A DNA stretch of 32,000 nt, taken from positions 817,988-849,987 of the forward strand of contig NZ_CP011272.1 of the NCBI RefSeq assembly GCF_001610875.1, written 5' to 3'. The stretch comes from Pirellula sp. SH-Sr6A. Lineage in GTDB: Bacteria; Planctomycetota; Planctomycetia; Pirellulales; Pirellulaceae. Each line of letters starts with the position of its first letter. The stretch's first letter is position 1. Positions 1 to 8,303 of this stretch are shown one piece after another. The position numbers and the translations under genes are program-made. Under the pieces are notes generated by a model. That model was not told the origin of the DNA and did not search any database. It saw only the letters and a program-made list of their open reading frames with translations.

Positions 1-155
1 AAAGCGGATTGGCGTAGAAAAATGCGTTGGCATATTTCGATCGTTCCTAAAACGAAAATCAGCATGACCGGAAGCACGAGCGCGAGCTCCAGCGTCGCAA
101 CGCCGCTTCGGCGATATCGCTGGAATGTTTGGCGTTTCGTACGAAGGGGATGCAT
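1..155 (-). CDS. TadE/TadG-like pilus assembly protein, N-terminal fragment (runs off window edge)
   Basis: Manual minus-strand reading from ATG at 155 gives MHPLRTKRQTFQRYRRSGVATLELALVLPVMLIFVLGTIEICQRIFLRQSA. This is the TadE-like N-terminal motif G-x-x-x-x-E-x-A-L-V-L-P followed by a hydrophobic segment. It is absent from the supplied ORF track because it is truncated. Confidence 0.8.
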   Translation of the reverse strand, partial: MHPLRTKRQTFQRYRRSGVATLELALVLPVMLIFVLGTIEICQRIFLRQSA

Positions 156-206
156 AAGGAACGGTCGATTGGATACAGGGAGGCTAGTTGGCCTCGAACT
201 CGGAAC

Positions 207-992
207 CTAATTGGGCAACGTGGATGGGTCATCGGTGAGGGACACAACATTTTCGATCCCGATGTCAACGACGAATAAAGCATCGTTGTAGTCACGGTCT
301 CCACCTCCGAACAAGTCTTCGAAGCCAATGAGGATGTAGGGACTATTGGGGAGTGCAAAGGCAACGACGTGCTGAGTCCCGTCGCTATTTTTCTCAACGT
401 CATTCCAGTACCAAATGAAGTCGTTGGCTTTCCTCTTTTTCTCATTGGCCCAAAGGTTAAATGCATCTCCGATCAAGAAGAAATCTAATTGCCAACCGTT
501 GCCTCCTTTGCCAATCTCGACAAAGTCTCCCGCGCGAATGGGGGCGCTAACGGTCCTCTTCCCTGTACCCACCGAAGCGTTGGGATACATGACACGAGGC
601 GAACCGGGCGTCGGGCTTCCAGCTGGAGTGAACGCAAAGCCAACCGTATTCATGTACCCAGCTCCTTCGGCCAAGAAATATACGCGAATGGTTTCCTTGG
701 CCTGCATTCGCAGGAAGAGTTTCGAAGAGTCGAGTTTGAATCCCGAGGCATTTGTAAAGACGACGCTCTCCGAGAGATTGTCGTTGATGATCTTATTGAA
801 TACGGGCAAGTAGTTCTTATTGAAATCCGCGGAGCGCGCATCGGAGCCTGTAACTTGGACTTGCCCCGCAAGGGTTAGGTTGAGCGGCACCGGTGTCGCC
901 TGCGGGGAAGCAGGGGTCCCTCCCAAGCAAAGGGACGCACTGAGATGGACAAGAGTGAGACTCAGCGATGATTTTGCAAAAAACGATGCCAT
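207..992 (-). CDS. Secreted DUF4114-like domain protein
   Basis: The ORF extends to 1109, but an internal ATG at 992 gives a plausible signal peptide (MASFFAKSSLSLTLVHLSASLCLGG). The C-terminal part has the DUF4114-like motif SPYILIGFEDLFGGGDRDYNDALFVVDI. Confidence 0.75.
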   Translation of the reverse strand: MASFFAKSSLSLTLVHLSASLCLGGTPASPQATPVPLNLTLAGQVQVTGSDARSADFNKNYLPVFNKIINDNLSESVVFTNASGFKLDSSKLFLRMQAKETIRVYFLAEGAGYMNTVGFAFTPAGSPTPGSPRVMYPNASVGTGKRTVSAPIRAGDFVEIGKGGNGWQLDFFLIGDAFNLWANEKKRKANDFIWYWNDVEKNSDGTQHVVAFALPNSPYILIGFEDLFGGGDRDYNDALFVVDIGIENVVSLTDDPSTLPN

Positions 993-1310
993 AACCGTGT
1001 TTCCGAATGGGACCAATTGAGGGACTCCACTGAAACCTAGGTCAACTTCAGTTGTCGGCGACTGATAGAGGGCGGGAAACCGCATGAAATACAGCGAAAA
1101 ACGTTCCACGATCGTTATAAGCCGAAAAGTCGTTAAGAACGGCTCGACACCTCGGGAGCGGCTGCCCTCGGTACTCTTGTGGCCAAGGTCAGTACTATTC
1201 TGGCCAAAGATTGTTCAGCATTTGGCCGGGTCAGACGCAGTCATTATTCTGCTGAGGTGTTGGGGCGGAACAGGAATGGAAGAGGTCGGAAATTCGTTCG
1301 GGAGAAAGAT

Positions 1311-2342
1311 ATGTCACAACGGGAGAATCGGAGCCGAGGGTTTACGCTTGTCGAGCTTTTGGTGGTCATTGCCATTATTGGAATCTTGGTGGGATTGCTC
1401 CTCCCGGCAGTTCAAGCGGCTCGCGAGGCAGCACGGCGAATGCAATGCAGCAACAATCTAAAGCAAATTGCATTGGCCACCTTGAACTACGAGTCCACAA
1501 CGCAACGGATCCCCCCCAGTGCGTGCGTGAACCCTAAGGTAACCACGAACGCCTCGTGGAGTATCCATGGCCGCTTGTTCCCGTATTTGGAACAAAACAA
1601 TCTGGCAAACCAAATCGATTTGAGTACTTCGTGGAACCAGTTCCCCATTTTGAGTGGTTATCGTGTCCCCTCTTACGTTTGTCCGTCCGACCCCAAATCG
1701 AATACGCCTCGAGACACTGCAGCGACAGGCAGTTCTGTTTCGTTCCTGCTCTACCCCACCAACTACGCTTTTAACCTAGGGACATGGTTCGTCTACGATC
1801 CGGTAACCAATCGAGGGGGGGATGGTGCGACCCATCCCAACGCCAATTTTCGAGTATCTGCTATCTCGGACGGGATGAGCAATACGCTCTGGGCTGCGGA
1901 GGTGCATGCGTGGCAAGCCTATACGCGCAACGGAGGTCCTCCATCCACGCTCATGCCGCAAACGGTGGAAGAGGCTGCGATCATCGCTGACACGGGGTTG
2001 AAAGATCGCATCTTTCCAGATCGAACTGGAACGGGGCGATGCGAATGGACGAACGGCCATGCCCACCATTCAGGCTTCACGGTTACGTTCGGGCCCAACA
2101 CACGCGTCCCCTACACATACAACGGCGTCCTTTACAATATCGATTACAACTCGCGTCAGGAAGGCAATAGCACGACTTTGCCCTCCTATGCGATTCTCAC
2201 GTCTCGCAGTTTTCACACTGGGTTGGTGCAAGCAGCGCGTCTAGACGGTTCGGTGCAGTCCTTCAGTAGCAGCACGGAACGCTTGGTTTGGCGAGCGCTC
2301 GGCACGCGAGCTGGCGGAGAATCTATTCAGCTTGATCAATAA
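1311..2342 (+). CDS. DUF1559 domain-containing protein with prepilin-type N-terminal cleavage/methylation signal
   Basis: Contains [54 protein letters not shown] and C-terminal [15 protein letters not shown]. The ATG at 1311 places the signal at the N-terminus better than the ORF-track start at 1179. Confidence 0.93.
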   Translation: MSQRENRSRGFTLVELLVVIAIIGILVGLLLPAVQAAREAARRMQCSNNLKQIALATLNYESTTQRIPPSACVNPKVTTNASWSIHGRLFPYLEQNNLANQIDLSTSWNQFPILSGYRVPSYVCPSDPKSNTPRDTAATGSSVSFLLYPTNYAFNLGTWFVYDPVTNRGGDGATHPNANFRVSAISDGMSNTLWAAEVHAWQAYTRNGGPPSTLMPQTVEEAAIIADTGLKDRIFPDRTGTGRCEWTNGHAHHSGFTVTFGPNTRVPYTYNGVLYNIDYNSRQEGNSTTLPSYAILTSRSFHTGLVQAARLDGSVQSFSSSTERLVWRALGTRAGGESIQLDQ

Positions 2343-2351
2343 AATCGTCCG

Positions 2352-3245
2352 TCAGTCTTCAACCCACCCTTTACCTGCAAAGCTCACTTTTTCCTCCGAG
2401 CGATTACCCAGGTGCAGCGATGCGTTCATCGCCTCCTCGATCCAATGGAGATGTTTCGCACGGGTGAGTTTTGTTAGGCCTGACTCAGCGTTGGGGTCTT
2501 CCAACGGAGCGTCGAGTGCAAGCATCGGTTCGGGGGCGGGCAAATTACCGTTTGGTCGATGTACAGGAAAACCGACGGTGACGCAGACTTTCGCGGGAAG
2601 AAACAGGGCGCTGTAGACTTCGGGACCAATCGGTGCACCTTCGATCCAAATGGGGATCAAGGGAACGTCGCTTTTGGCAGCGACCAAGGCTGCACCGGGT
2701 CGGATCGTAAGCAAAGGAGAAGCAGTTCGATTGATACGTCCCTCAGGGAACATTCCGACAAATCCCCCTTGCGACGCATAGCGGATGGCCAGCTTCGTGG
2801 CACCGTTGTCGGCGCCGCCTCGCCGCGTCGGGATCGCTTGATACGATTTCAACAACGGTCCAAAGAGCGGGTGCGGGAAATATTCTGCTGCCACCATCCA
2901 GTGGACTCGTGCACCAGCCGCCAACTGGATGAAAAAAGGATCCACAGACGAACGATGATTCGCGATGAGTACTGCGCCTCCGCGGACTCGCTCTCGCAAT
3001 ACGTCTCGGAATGATGCGTTCGTCGGATGGGAGGAAATATCTTTCCAACGTGGATCCCAGCGAATCTCCACTCTCCAAAGCAGTCTCGCCAGCGTGTAGG
3101 CGGGCGCGTAGAGGCACCTTTCCCAAGGGTTGTATGGCCCTGGAGAAACGAGCTTTCTTCTCGTCATCCAAAGCAGAGTGGCGGCCAGGCCACCAAGCCA
3201 AAGCAAGGATACCCACCAGGAACCAAATGGACCTATCGTTTGCAT
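2352..3245 (-). CDS. 1-acyl-sn-glycerol-3-phosphate acyltransferase (PlsC-type)
   Basis: ANHRSSVDPFF (HxxxxD motif), GMFPEGRINRT and DVPLIPIWIEG motifs typical of PlsC/LPLAT acyltransferases. Confidence 0.88.
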   Translation of the reverse strand: MQTIGPFGSWWVSLLWLGGLAATLLWMTRRKLVSPGPYNPWERCLYAPAYTLARLLWRVEIRWDPRWKDISSHPTNASFRDVLRERVRGGAVLIANHRSSVDPFFIQLAAGARVHWMVAAEYFPHPLFGPLLKSYQAIPTRRGGADNGATKLAIRYASQGGFVGMFPEGRINRTASPLLTIRPGAALVAAKSDVPLIPIWIEGAPIGPEVYSALFLPAKVCVTVGFPVHRPNGNLPAPEPMLALDAPLEDPNAESGLTKLTRAKHLHWIEEAMNASLHLGNRSEEKVSFAGKGWVED

Positions 3246-3590
3246 GCGTTATAACCGTCTCAATCCTTGCGAATACTAAAATCGAGTTTATCGAATCCGG
3301 CGGGGCATCGATGGCCGGATTCTGAAATTGCCACTCGGCCAACTACGGGATTGCGTTCTAGGCTTACAGTGATTTCTTGGTCTTACCATTTGGTCCCGTC
3401 GAAGGTGTCGAACTTCATGTCCAGGACTCCGATCATCAGCACACCACTCGCCTCTTCATCACCCTCCAGCGACGAATCGCTTCCAACACTGCCTTTCCCG
3501 GACCGGAGAAAACGAGCCTCCACCGATGCCACATCAGGTCCTCCCGGTGTTGAGAGAAGGCAGTTTGGCAACACGTACAATCATCTCTCC

Positions 3591-3710
3591 ATGGACGGAC
3601 GCGAACTGGCAGAAGCGATCGATCGCTACAAAATACAGCATCGTCGGCGATATGTTACCACGGATGAATTACTTTCCGTCCTAAAAGGTCTTGGGTATAC
3701 ACGAGGTTAA
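3591..3710 (+). CDS. Small hypothetical protein (39 aa)
   Basis: MDGRELAEAIDRYKIQHRRRYVTTDELLSVLKGLGYTRG looks like a folded helical small protein. The upstream in-frame ORF extension (3267-3590) does not look protein-like. Start uncertain. Confidence 0.45.
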   Translation: MDGRELAEAIDRYKIQHRRRYVTTDELLSVLKGLGYTRG

Positions 3711-3725
3711 ACCCTCTCCCCTTTT

Positions 3726-4019
3726 TCAATCGGCCGAAAGGGTCGAAGGGCCTTTTCCGACCGTCTTTTCGTACGACCCATCTCCGGTTTTCACGTACTT
3801 CGTGAATCCCAAGCGCTTTAGATTGTCGTCGTTGGTCGATTTACCCATCGCCGAATCCGACCACATCCCACCTATGGACGGAGCGCTCAGTACTCGTCGT
3901 ACCGGTTCGCCTGAGTCTGGGTGTACTTGGAGCGGTTCGTCACTCATACGTTGAATCACTTCGAACGTCTCTGGAGGGTCGACTCCTTCTCGAACAATCT
4001 CGTATACGTAAATCGGCAT
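3726..4019 (-). CDS. FmdB-like regulatory protein lacking zinc-ribbon cysteines
   Basis: MPIYVYEIVREGVDPPETFEVIQRMSDEPLQVHPDSGEPVRRVLS matches the FmdB-type layout (MPIYEYxCxxCgxxFEvxqkmsdePLxxCPxCg) but contains no cysteine. Confidence 0.7.
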   Translation of the reverse strand: MPIYVYEIVREGVDPPETFEVIQRMSDEPLQVHPDSGEPVRRVLSAPSIGGMWSDSAMGKSTNDDNLKRLGFTKYVKTGDGSYEKTVGKGPSTLSAD

Positions 4020-4033
4020 CGCGGTTCCAAATC

Positions 4034-5878
4034 TTAGTTTTGACTGGCTTTGATGAGGATATCTCGAGTCACTTCGTAGACTTTTTGCTGACGTCCAGCC
4101 AGATCCTCTAGTTCTGATTTTAGGTCAGGACTTTGCACTTGGCCAATGGCGTCCTCCGCTTGGTCCAACTGCTTAGCGACCGATTGGGTACGCCGGTTGA
4201 TTCGAAGCTGCAGCGTCTTCAGAAGCCGCAGTTCCGCCAAGCTATCGACCAAAGGTTGCTCCTTGGGATCTTGTTGCTGTCCCTGTTGCATCCCCTGCAT
4301 CTTCTTCTCATTTTCCTCTCGGTTCTTTTGAACCTGTTTGAGCGACTCGAGAAGCTCCTCGAGCCCGGCAATCACCTCGTCCTCGAGAGTTTGAGTGGAT
4401 TCGGAGACATTCCCGCTGACCAATCGTTTGGAGACCTGCTGGCAGTCCTTGACGATCTGTTCCATAGCTTCTGGGAATGCAGTGCTCGAACCTTCGTCTT
4501 GCAATAGGAGCAGTGCTCGCTGCCCCTCCATCACTATTTTTCCTTGCTCAATCGAAAGTTTGTTGGACTGGATTTCCAAACTCCGATCCTTCGCATCCCC
4601 GGTCAGTTCGAATAGCTTTTGGGTCTCACTGCGAACGACTTTTTGCATCTCATTCATCTTGCGAAGACGCGTTTCCAGATCGACCAAAGAACGTTCGATC
4701 TCTTCTTCGCGCAATTGCCGCAGAATTTTCTCGAGCTCCTCCACCGCATCACGCAATTCCTTCTCGGCTGCTTGTTGCTCTTCGACCGCATCCTTTCGAT
4801 TGTTCTCATCGAGCTTTTGCTGAGCTTGCTGCATCTTCTCCCTAGCTCGTTGGACCCGATTTCTGGCCCTTTCCTCTTTGGACTCTGGTTTGCTCGATTC
4901 GCTATTCTCGGGCGAAGAAGAGGAATCCGAGGAGGATGGATCGGATGGGTCTTTCGGCTCAGACGTGTCCGATGGCTTCTGCGTGTCCGATGGCTTCTGC
5001 GTGTCCGATGGTTTCTGGGTGTCCGATGGTTTCTGTGTATCCGACGGCTTCTGTGTATCCGACGGCTTCTGTGTATCCGACGGCTTCTGTGTATCCGACG
5101 GCTTCTGTGTATCCGACGGCTTCTGGGGGTCGGTGTTCTTTGGGGACTCTGCTGCTTGGCCGGAATCGGGGGACTTCCCAGAGTCCTTGGGCTCATTCGA
5201 TGGCGTGGAGTCCTTCGGTACCGCTTGGTTTTCTTTGTTTTCTGATTTGGGATCTTGCAGACTGGATTCGATCGCCTCAACTTGTTGGTTGAGGTCCTTT
5301 TGATCGTTGCTTGCCTGCTTCAGGTCTTGCCCGGCCTCGGTACGCCCTCGCAATGCGCGTTGGATGCTTTCAATGCGTCGCAAGTCGTTGAGAATTTCTT
5401 CGAGCTTGGCTCTTTCATCTCGTATGCGCGAAGCCCGGTTCTCGCTCTGCAGCAGTTCCAGCAATTTCTTAAGGGTGTCGTGAGCGGACTCCTGTTCTTG
5501 GATCGCTTTCGACAACTGCCCTTTTGCGATTAATTCTGCAGCAGAGTAGAGTCTTTGGCGGGTTCCAAGCTGTTTGCTAAGCTGTGCAGCTTGCATCAAT
5601 AGGCCTGCATGGGTTGGGTTCGAAACCGCTTCCAACTCACTCATGCGCAAGAACAGCTCTTCCAGCTTCTGAAATCGTTGAACCAGTTGCTTTTGTTTAG
5701 TCTCGAGCCCCTCCGCCTCGGTCCTCTCTTGGCCAGGAGCTTGTGCCTGCACAGAGCCAGCCCCAGGGAGCAAACCTAACATCGCGACCCAAACCAGGAC
5801 CAGTGCGATCGAGGCGACAAAGCGTGTACGACGCGATCGGGGTTGGTATGGCAATTTGGAAAAGTCGTCTGGGATCAT
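4034..5878 (-). CDS. Secreted or membrane-anchored coiled-coil protein with QKPSDT repeat tract
   Basis: N-terminal hydrophobic segment (FVASIALVLVWVAMLGLLPGAGSVQAQA), long charged helical regions and a low-complexity Pro/Ser/Asp/Lys repeat. Start overlaps the stop of the upstream gene (ATGA). Confidence 0.8.
   Translation of the reverse strand: MIPDDFSKLPYQPRSRRTRFVASIALVLVWVAMLGLLPGAGSVQAQAPGQERTEAEGLETKQKQLVQRFQKLEELFLRMSELEAVSNPTHAGLLMQAAQLSKQLGTRQRLYSAAELIAKGQLSKAIQEQESAHDTLKKLLELLQSENRASRIRDERAKLEEILNDLRRIESIQRALRGRTEAGQDLKQASNDQKDLNQQVEAIESSLQDPKSENKENQAVPKDSTPSNEPKDSGKSPDSGQAAESPKNTDPQKPSDTQKPSDTQKPSDTQKPSDTQKPSDTQKPSDTQKPSDTQKPSDTQKPSDTSEPKDPSDPSSSDSSSSPENSESSKPESKEERARNRVQRAREKMQQAQQKLDENNRKDAVEEQQAAEKELRDAVEELEKILRQLREEEIERSLVDLETRLRKMNEMQKVVRSETQKLFELTGDAKDRSLEIQSNKLSIEQGKIVMEGQRALLLLQDEGSSTAFPEAMEQIVKDCQQVSKRLVSGNVSESTQTLEDEVIAGLEELLESLKQVQKNREENEKKMQGMQQGQQQDPKEQPLVDSLAELRLLKTLQLRINRRTQSVAKQLDQAEDAIGQVQSPDLKSELEDLAGRQQKVYEVTRDILIKASQN
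4965..5126. repeat. Nine tandem copies of an 18-bp unit, encoding (QKPSDT)9 on the minus strand
   Basis: Direct reading: GTGTCCGATGGCTTCTGC x2, GTGTCCGATGGTTTCTGG, GTGTCCGATGGTTTCTGT, GTATCCGACGGCTTCTGT x4, GTATCCGACGGCTTCTGG. Confidence 0.97.
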
Positions 5879-8277
5879 TTCAACAACTCCAACGCCTTGC
5901 GGTCTTGGTTCTTTTTGTGGGTTTTGGTCTCATTCATCAATTGATCGCTGCTCTGAATGATGTCTCGCAGCATATCGATGATGGCCGTTTGGTCTTGGAT
6001 CTCCAGCATATCTGCCAAGACAGCTTGAAGACGTGACAGGATCTCATCGTTCTTTTTCAAAGCATCGACCACTTGCGAGGGTGGAGGAGTCGGAGGTTCG
6101 GTCGCCTTCGAGAATGTCTTTTCCAGCTCGGCGACATCGCTCGAGAATTCTTTCCAGACGCCATCGAGCATTTGTCTCAAGGGAGCTTGGATCTTTTCTT
6201 GCCAGCGCGTTCGCCGGTCGACGCTATCGATTCGGTTATTGACCAGCTCTTTACTGATTTGTCCAATCTCCTTTTCGACGCCGTTCAATTCTCCCTCCGA
6301 CTTGGAAATCTGGGACATCGCCTGTTGAGATCGCAGCAACTGAATTCTCAAGATTCGGGTTGCATCCATTTCCTCCTCAGTACCCTCCGCATCGGAGCTG
6401 GATGCGGGCTCGCTTCGCTTTTGGATATTCACCAGCAGGTCTCGCAATTGCGTGAGTTCACCGATAATCTGCTCAATCCGCTTACGCATCGCCGCTTCAC
6501 GGCGATCGAGCAAGAGTAGCAATTGATCCGATGTCACAACAGAAAGTTGCACCGTATTCGCTTTCCCAAGATGGGGTTCGCTCACCAAATCGTAATAGTC
6601 CGACGCGACGAGGGTAAGCGCCAACGATCCGCCGGCTTGGATTGGAAGTTTCCCTGCATCTTTGAGTTCTTTGATATCGATCACTTTGGCGAGACTTCCA
6701 TCCACGACGTTTGCAATATCCTCACGAAGCGGGACGCCTTCCCCATACAATGCCTCGATCCAAACCTCTCGAACGTCGTATTCGTCCTTCACTTTGCCTT
6801 GAACAGGTATGGTCGCCACTTCTGTGATCGCCGTTCCGATACCATCGAGCACCATATCGACTTGCGGAGGCTGATCGATAATGGATGAAATTACAAATTG
6901 TTGCACCCGACTGGAGCAGATGCCATCTTTGTCCCAGACGCGAAATTCAGCGAGGATACTGCTGTCGAGCGGGCCAAGGGGAATGGCCCAACTTTCCGAA
7001 GGAGCCTCGTTCTCAAAGGTTTGCTCTTGCAAGTTGCCGTTAGTGGGTTCGGTGGATTTGACGAAGACATAATCACATCGCTCGATCGGCTTGTTGGACG
7101 TCAAAATCAATTCCAACACGGAGCCTTGAGGGAGCCGCAAGCCGGTTTGGTAGGGTAAAGTTTCTTCGCCCCATCGGGTCTGGGTCGATCGCTGAAGGTA
7201 GGGAGGGTATTTTACGCGAACCTCTGCCTTGGTAATCAATGGCCCGTCGACCGCTTGAAGCCGCAAGTCCGCTAGACGTGCATCGCCGCCGACGATACTC
7301 AACGTCAGGGATTGATTGATCGATTCGAGGGGCGGACCGTCGAGGAGGAAGTCTTGTTGTGAGTTTCCCGTCGCGAGGCGCCGCATGTTGGCTCGGCCGC
7401 GATTTCCTTCTTCGTCTCGATAATAAACGGTGCAAAGCTCGGGGACTCGCTTCGCGTCGAGCGATGCGAAGCTCTTCAGGACACCCGATTGGCCTTTGGG
7501 GATCGCGACGCTGTTGTCGACGAAAGGGAGCATATAGCGCCCCCGCGCTCCGCCGCCGGTAAAGCTGGGGACCTCGAACTCGATTCCTGTCACTCCCAAA
7601 ACGACGCTTCGCGGCCAAGGAGCGTTCGAGAGGGCGAACCACCGCTTGCTCCAATGGGCTGTCCATTGGGGGTAGAGCAAACCCAGGGTCAATGAGACAG
7701 CAAGGACCGATCCGAGAGCGATCATCTGCCATTGAAGCGGTCGTGTGCGGACCAAGTTTGCGATTTCGACCGTGGAAATTTGCTCCAAGGCGCGTTGTCG
7801 CGCTAAAGCTAAAAATCCGATCCGATGGGGGTGCTCCTCTCGATCGTCGGTTCGGATCGATGCCAACTCGCCGCGGGCGGGTCTGGTTGCTTGGACGGTT
7901 GTGATCAAGGCGCTTTGGAAATCGGGGTAACGTCTCTCGATCAACAGTGCGATCGCATCGTCGGACCACCTCACCAGCCAGCGCCGCCAAATTTGCTGGT
8001 ATGCGATATAGATCGATCCCAATACCAAGAGGACCAACATTCCAACGCGTACCCATCGCGGAGACTCCGCGGCTCCCAGCATGGCTGGCAAATAGTCGAC
8101 GAATCCAAAAATCCAGAACGCGGTGAAACCCCAGATCAGCCACTGGACCACGGCTTGCGAAAACACGAATCGCCCAAGTAGGCCACGGACCGCTTGCAAG
8201 GTTTCGCGGATCGGAACCGGTAACGAAGCGAGGTCGGAATCGTACGATGGACGGAGAACTTTAGGTGCGGTAGACAT
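5875..8277 (-). CDS. Large membrane protein, DUF4175-like
   Basis: 800 aa with N-terminal transmembrane segments (VVQWLIWGFTAFWIFGFVDYLPAM; VRVGMLVLLVLGSIYIAY; MIALGSVLAVSLTLGLLYP) and a large C-terminal soluble/coiled-coil region. The family name is from general resemblance only. Confidence 0.75.
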   Translation of the reverse strand: MSTAPKVLRPSYDSDLASLPVPIRETLQAVRGLLGRFVFSQAVVQWLIWGFTAFWIFGFVDYLPAMLGAAESPRWVRVGMLVLLVLGSIYIAYQQIWRRWLVRWSDDAIALLIERRYPDFQSALITTVQATRPARGELASIRTDDREEHPHRIGFLALARQRALEQISTVEIANLVRTRPLQWQMIALGSVLAVSLTLGLLYPQWTAHWSKRWFALSNAPWPRSVVLGVTGIEFEVPSFTGGGARGRYMLPFVDNSVAIPKGQSGVLKSFASLDAKRVPELCTVYYRDEEGNRGRANMRRLATGNSQQDFLLDGPPLESINQSLTLSIVGGDARLADLRLQAVDGPLITKAEVRVKYPPYLQRSTQTRWGEETLPYQTGLRLPQGSVLELILTSNKPIERCDYVFVKSTEPTNGNLQEQTFENEAPSESWAIPLGPLDSSILAEFRVWDKDGICSSRVQQFVISSIIDQPPQVDMVLDGIGTAITEVATIPVQGKVKDEYDVREVWIEALYGEGVPLREDIANVVDGSLAKVIDIKELKDAGKLPIQAGGSLALTLVASDYYDLVSEPHLGKANTVQLSVVTSDQLLLLLDRREAAMRKRIEQIIGELTQLRDLLVNIQKRSEPASSSDAEGTEEEMDATRILRIQLLRSQQAMSQISKSEGELNGVEKEIGQISKELVNNRIDSVDRRTRWQEKIQAPLRQMLDGVWKEFSSDVAELEKTFSKATEPPTPPPSQVVDALKKNDEILSRLQAVLADMLEIQDQTAIIDMLRDIIQSSDQLMNETKTHKKNQDRKALELLK

Positions 8278-8303
8278 ATCGATTATGGTAACCGATTCGA
8301 CCG

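Noticed and set aside
1179-1310. N-terminal extension of the DUF1559 protein
   Set aside because: The prepilin-type signal should be near the N-terminus, and the ATG at 1311 places it there.
2743-3342. 199-aa minus-strand ORF overlapping the acyltransferase
   Set aside because: The overlapping frame encodes a clear PlsC protein with its motifs; this ORF has no recognisable domain.
3267-3590. N-terminal 108 codons of the 3267..3710 plus-strand ORF
   Set aside because: Composition does not look protein-like and there is no domain; only the last 39 codons seem plausible.
4965-5126. Possible CRISPR-like array
   Set aside because: The copies are directly adjacent 18-bp units with no spacers and lie in frame inside a coding sequence.
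4878-5303. Plus-strand ORFs (4878..5303, 4936..5292, 4619..5245) with Cys/Phe/Val-rich, Met/Ala/Ser-rich or Arg/Trp/Leu-rich repeats
   Set aside because: These are antisense translations of the 18-bp repeat tract. The minus-strand frame gives a continuous 614-aa protein, so they are artefacts.
7073-8143. 356-aa minus-strand ORF
   Set aside because: It lies entirely inside the 800-aa membrane protein gene in another frame and is Arg/Pro-rich, typical of a shadow ORF in GC-rich coding DNA.
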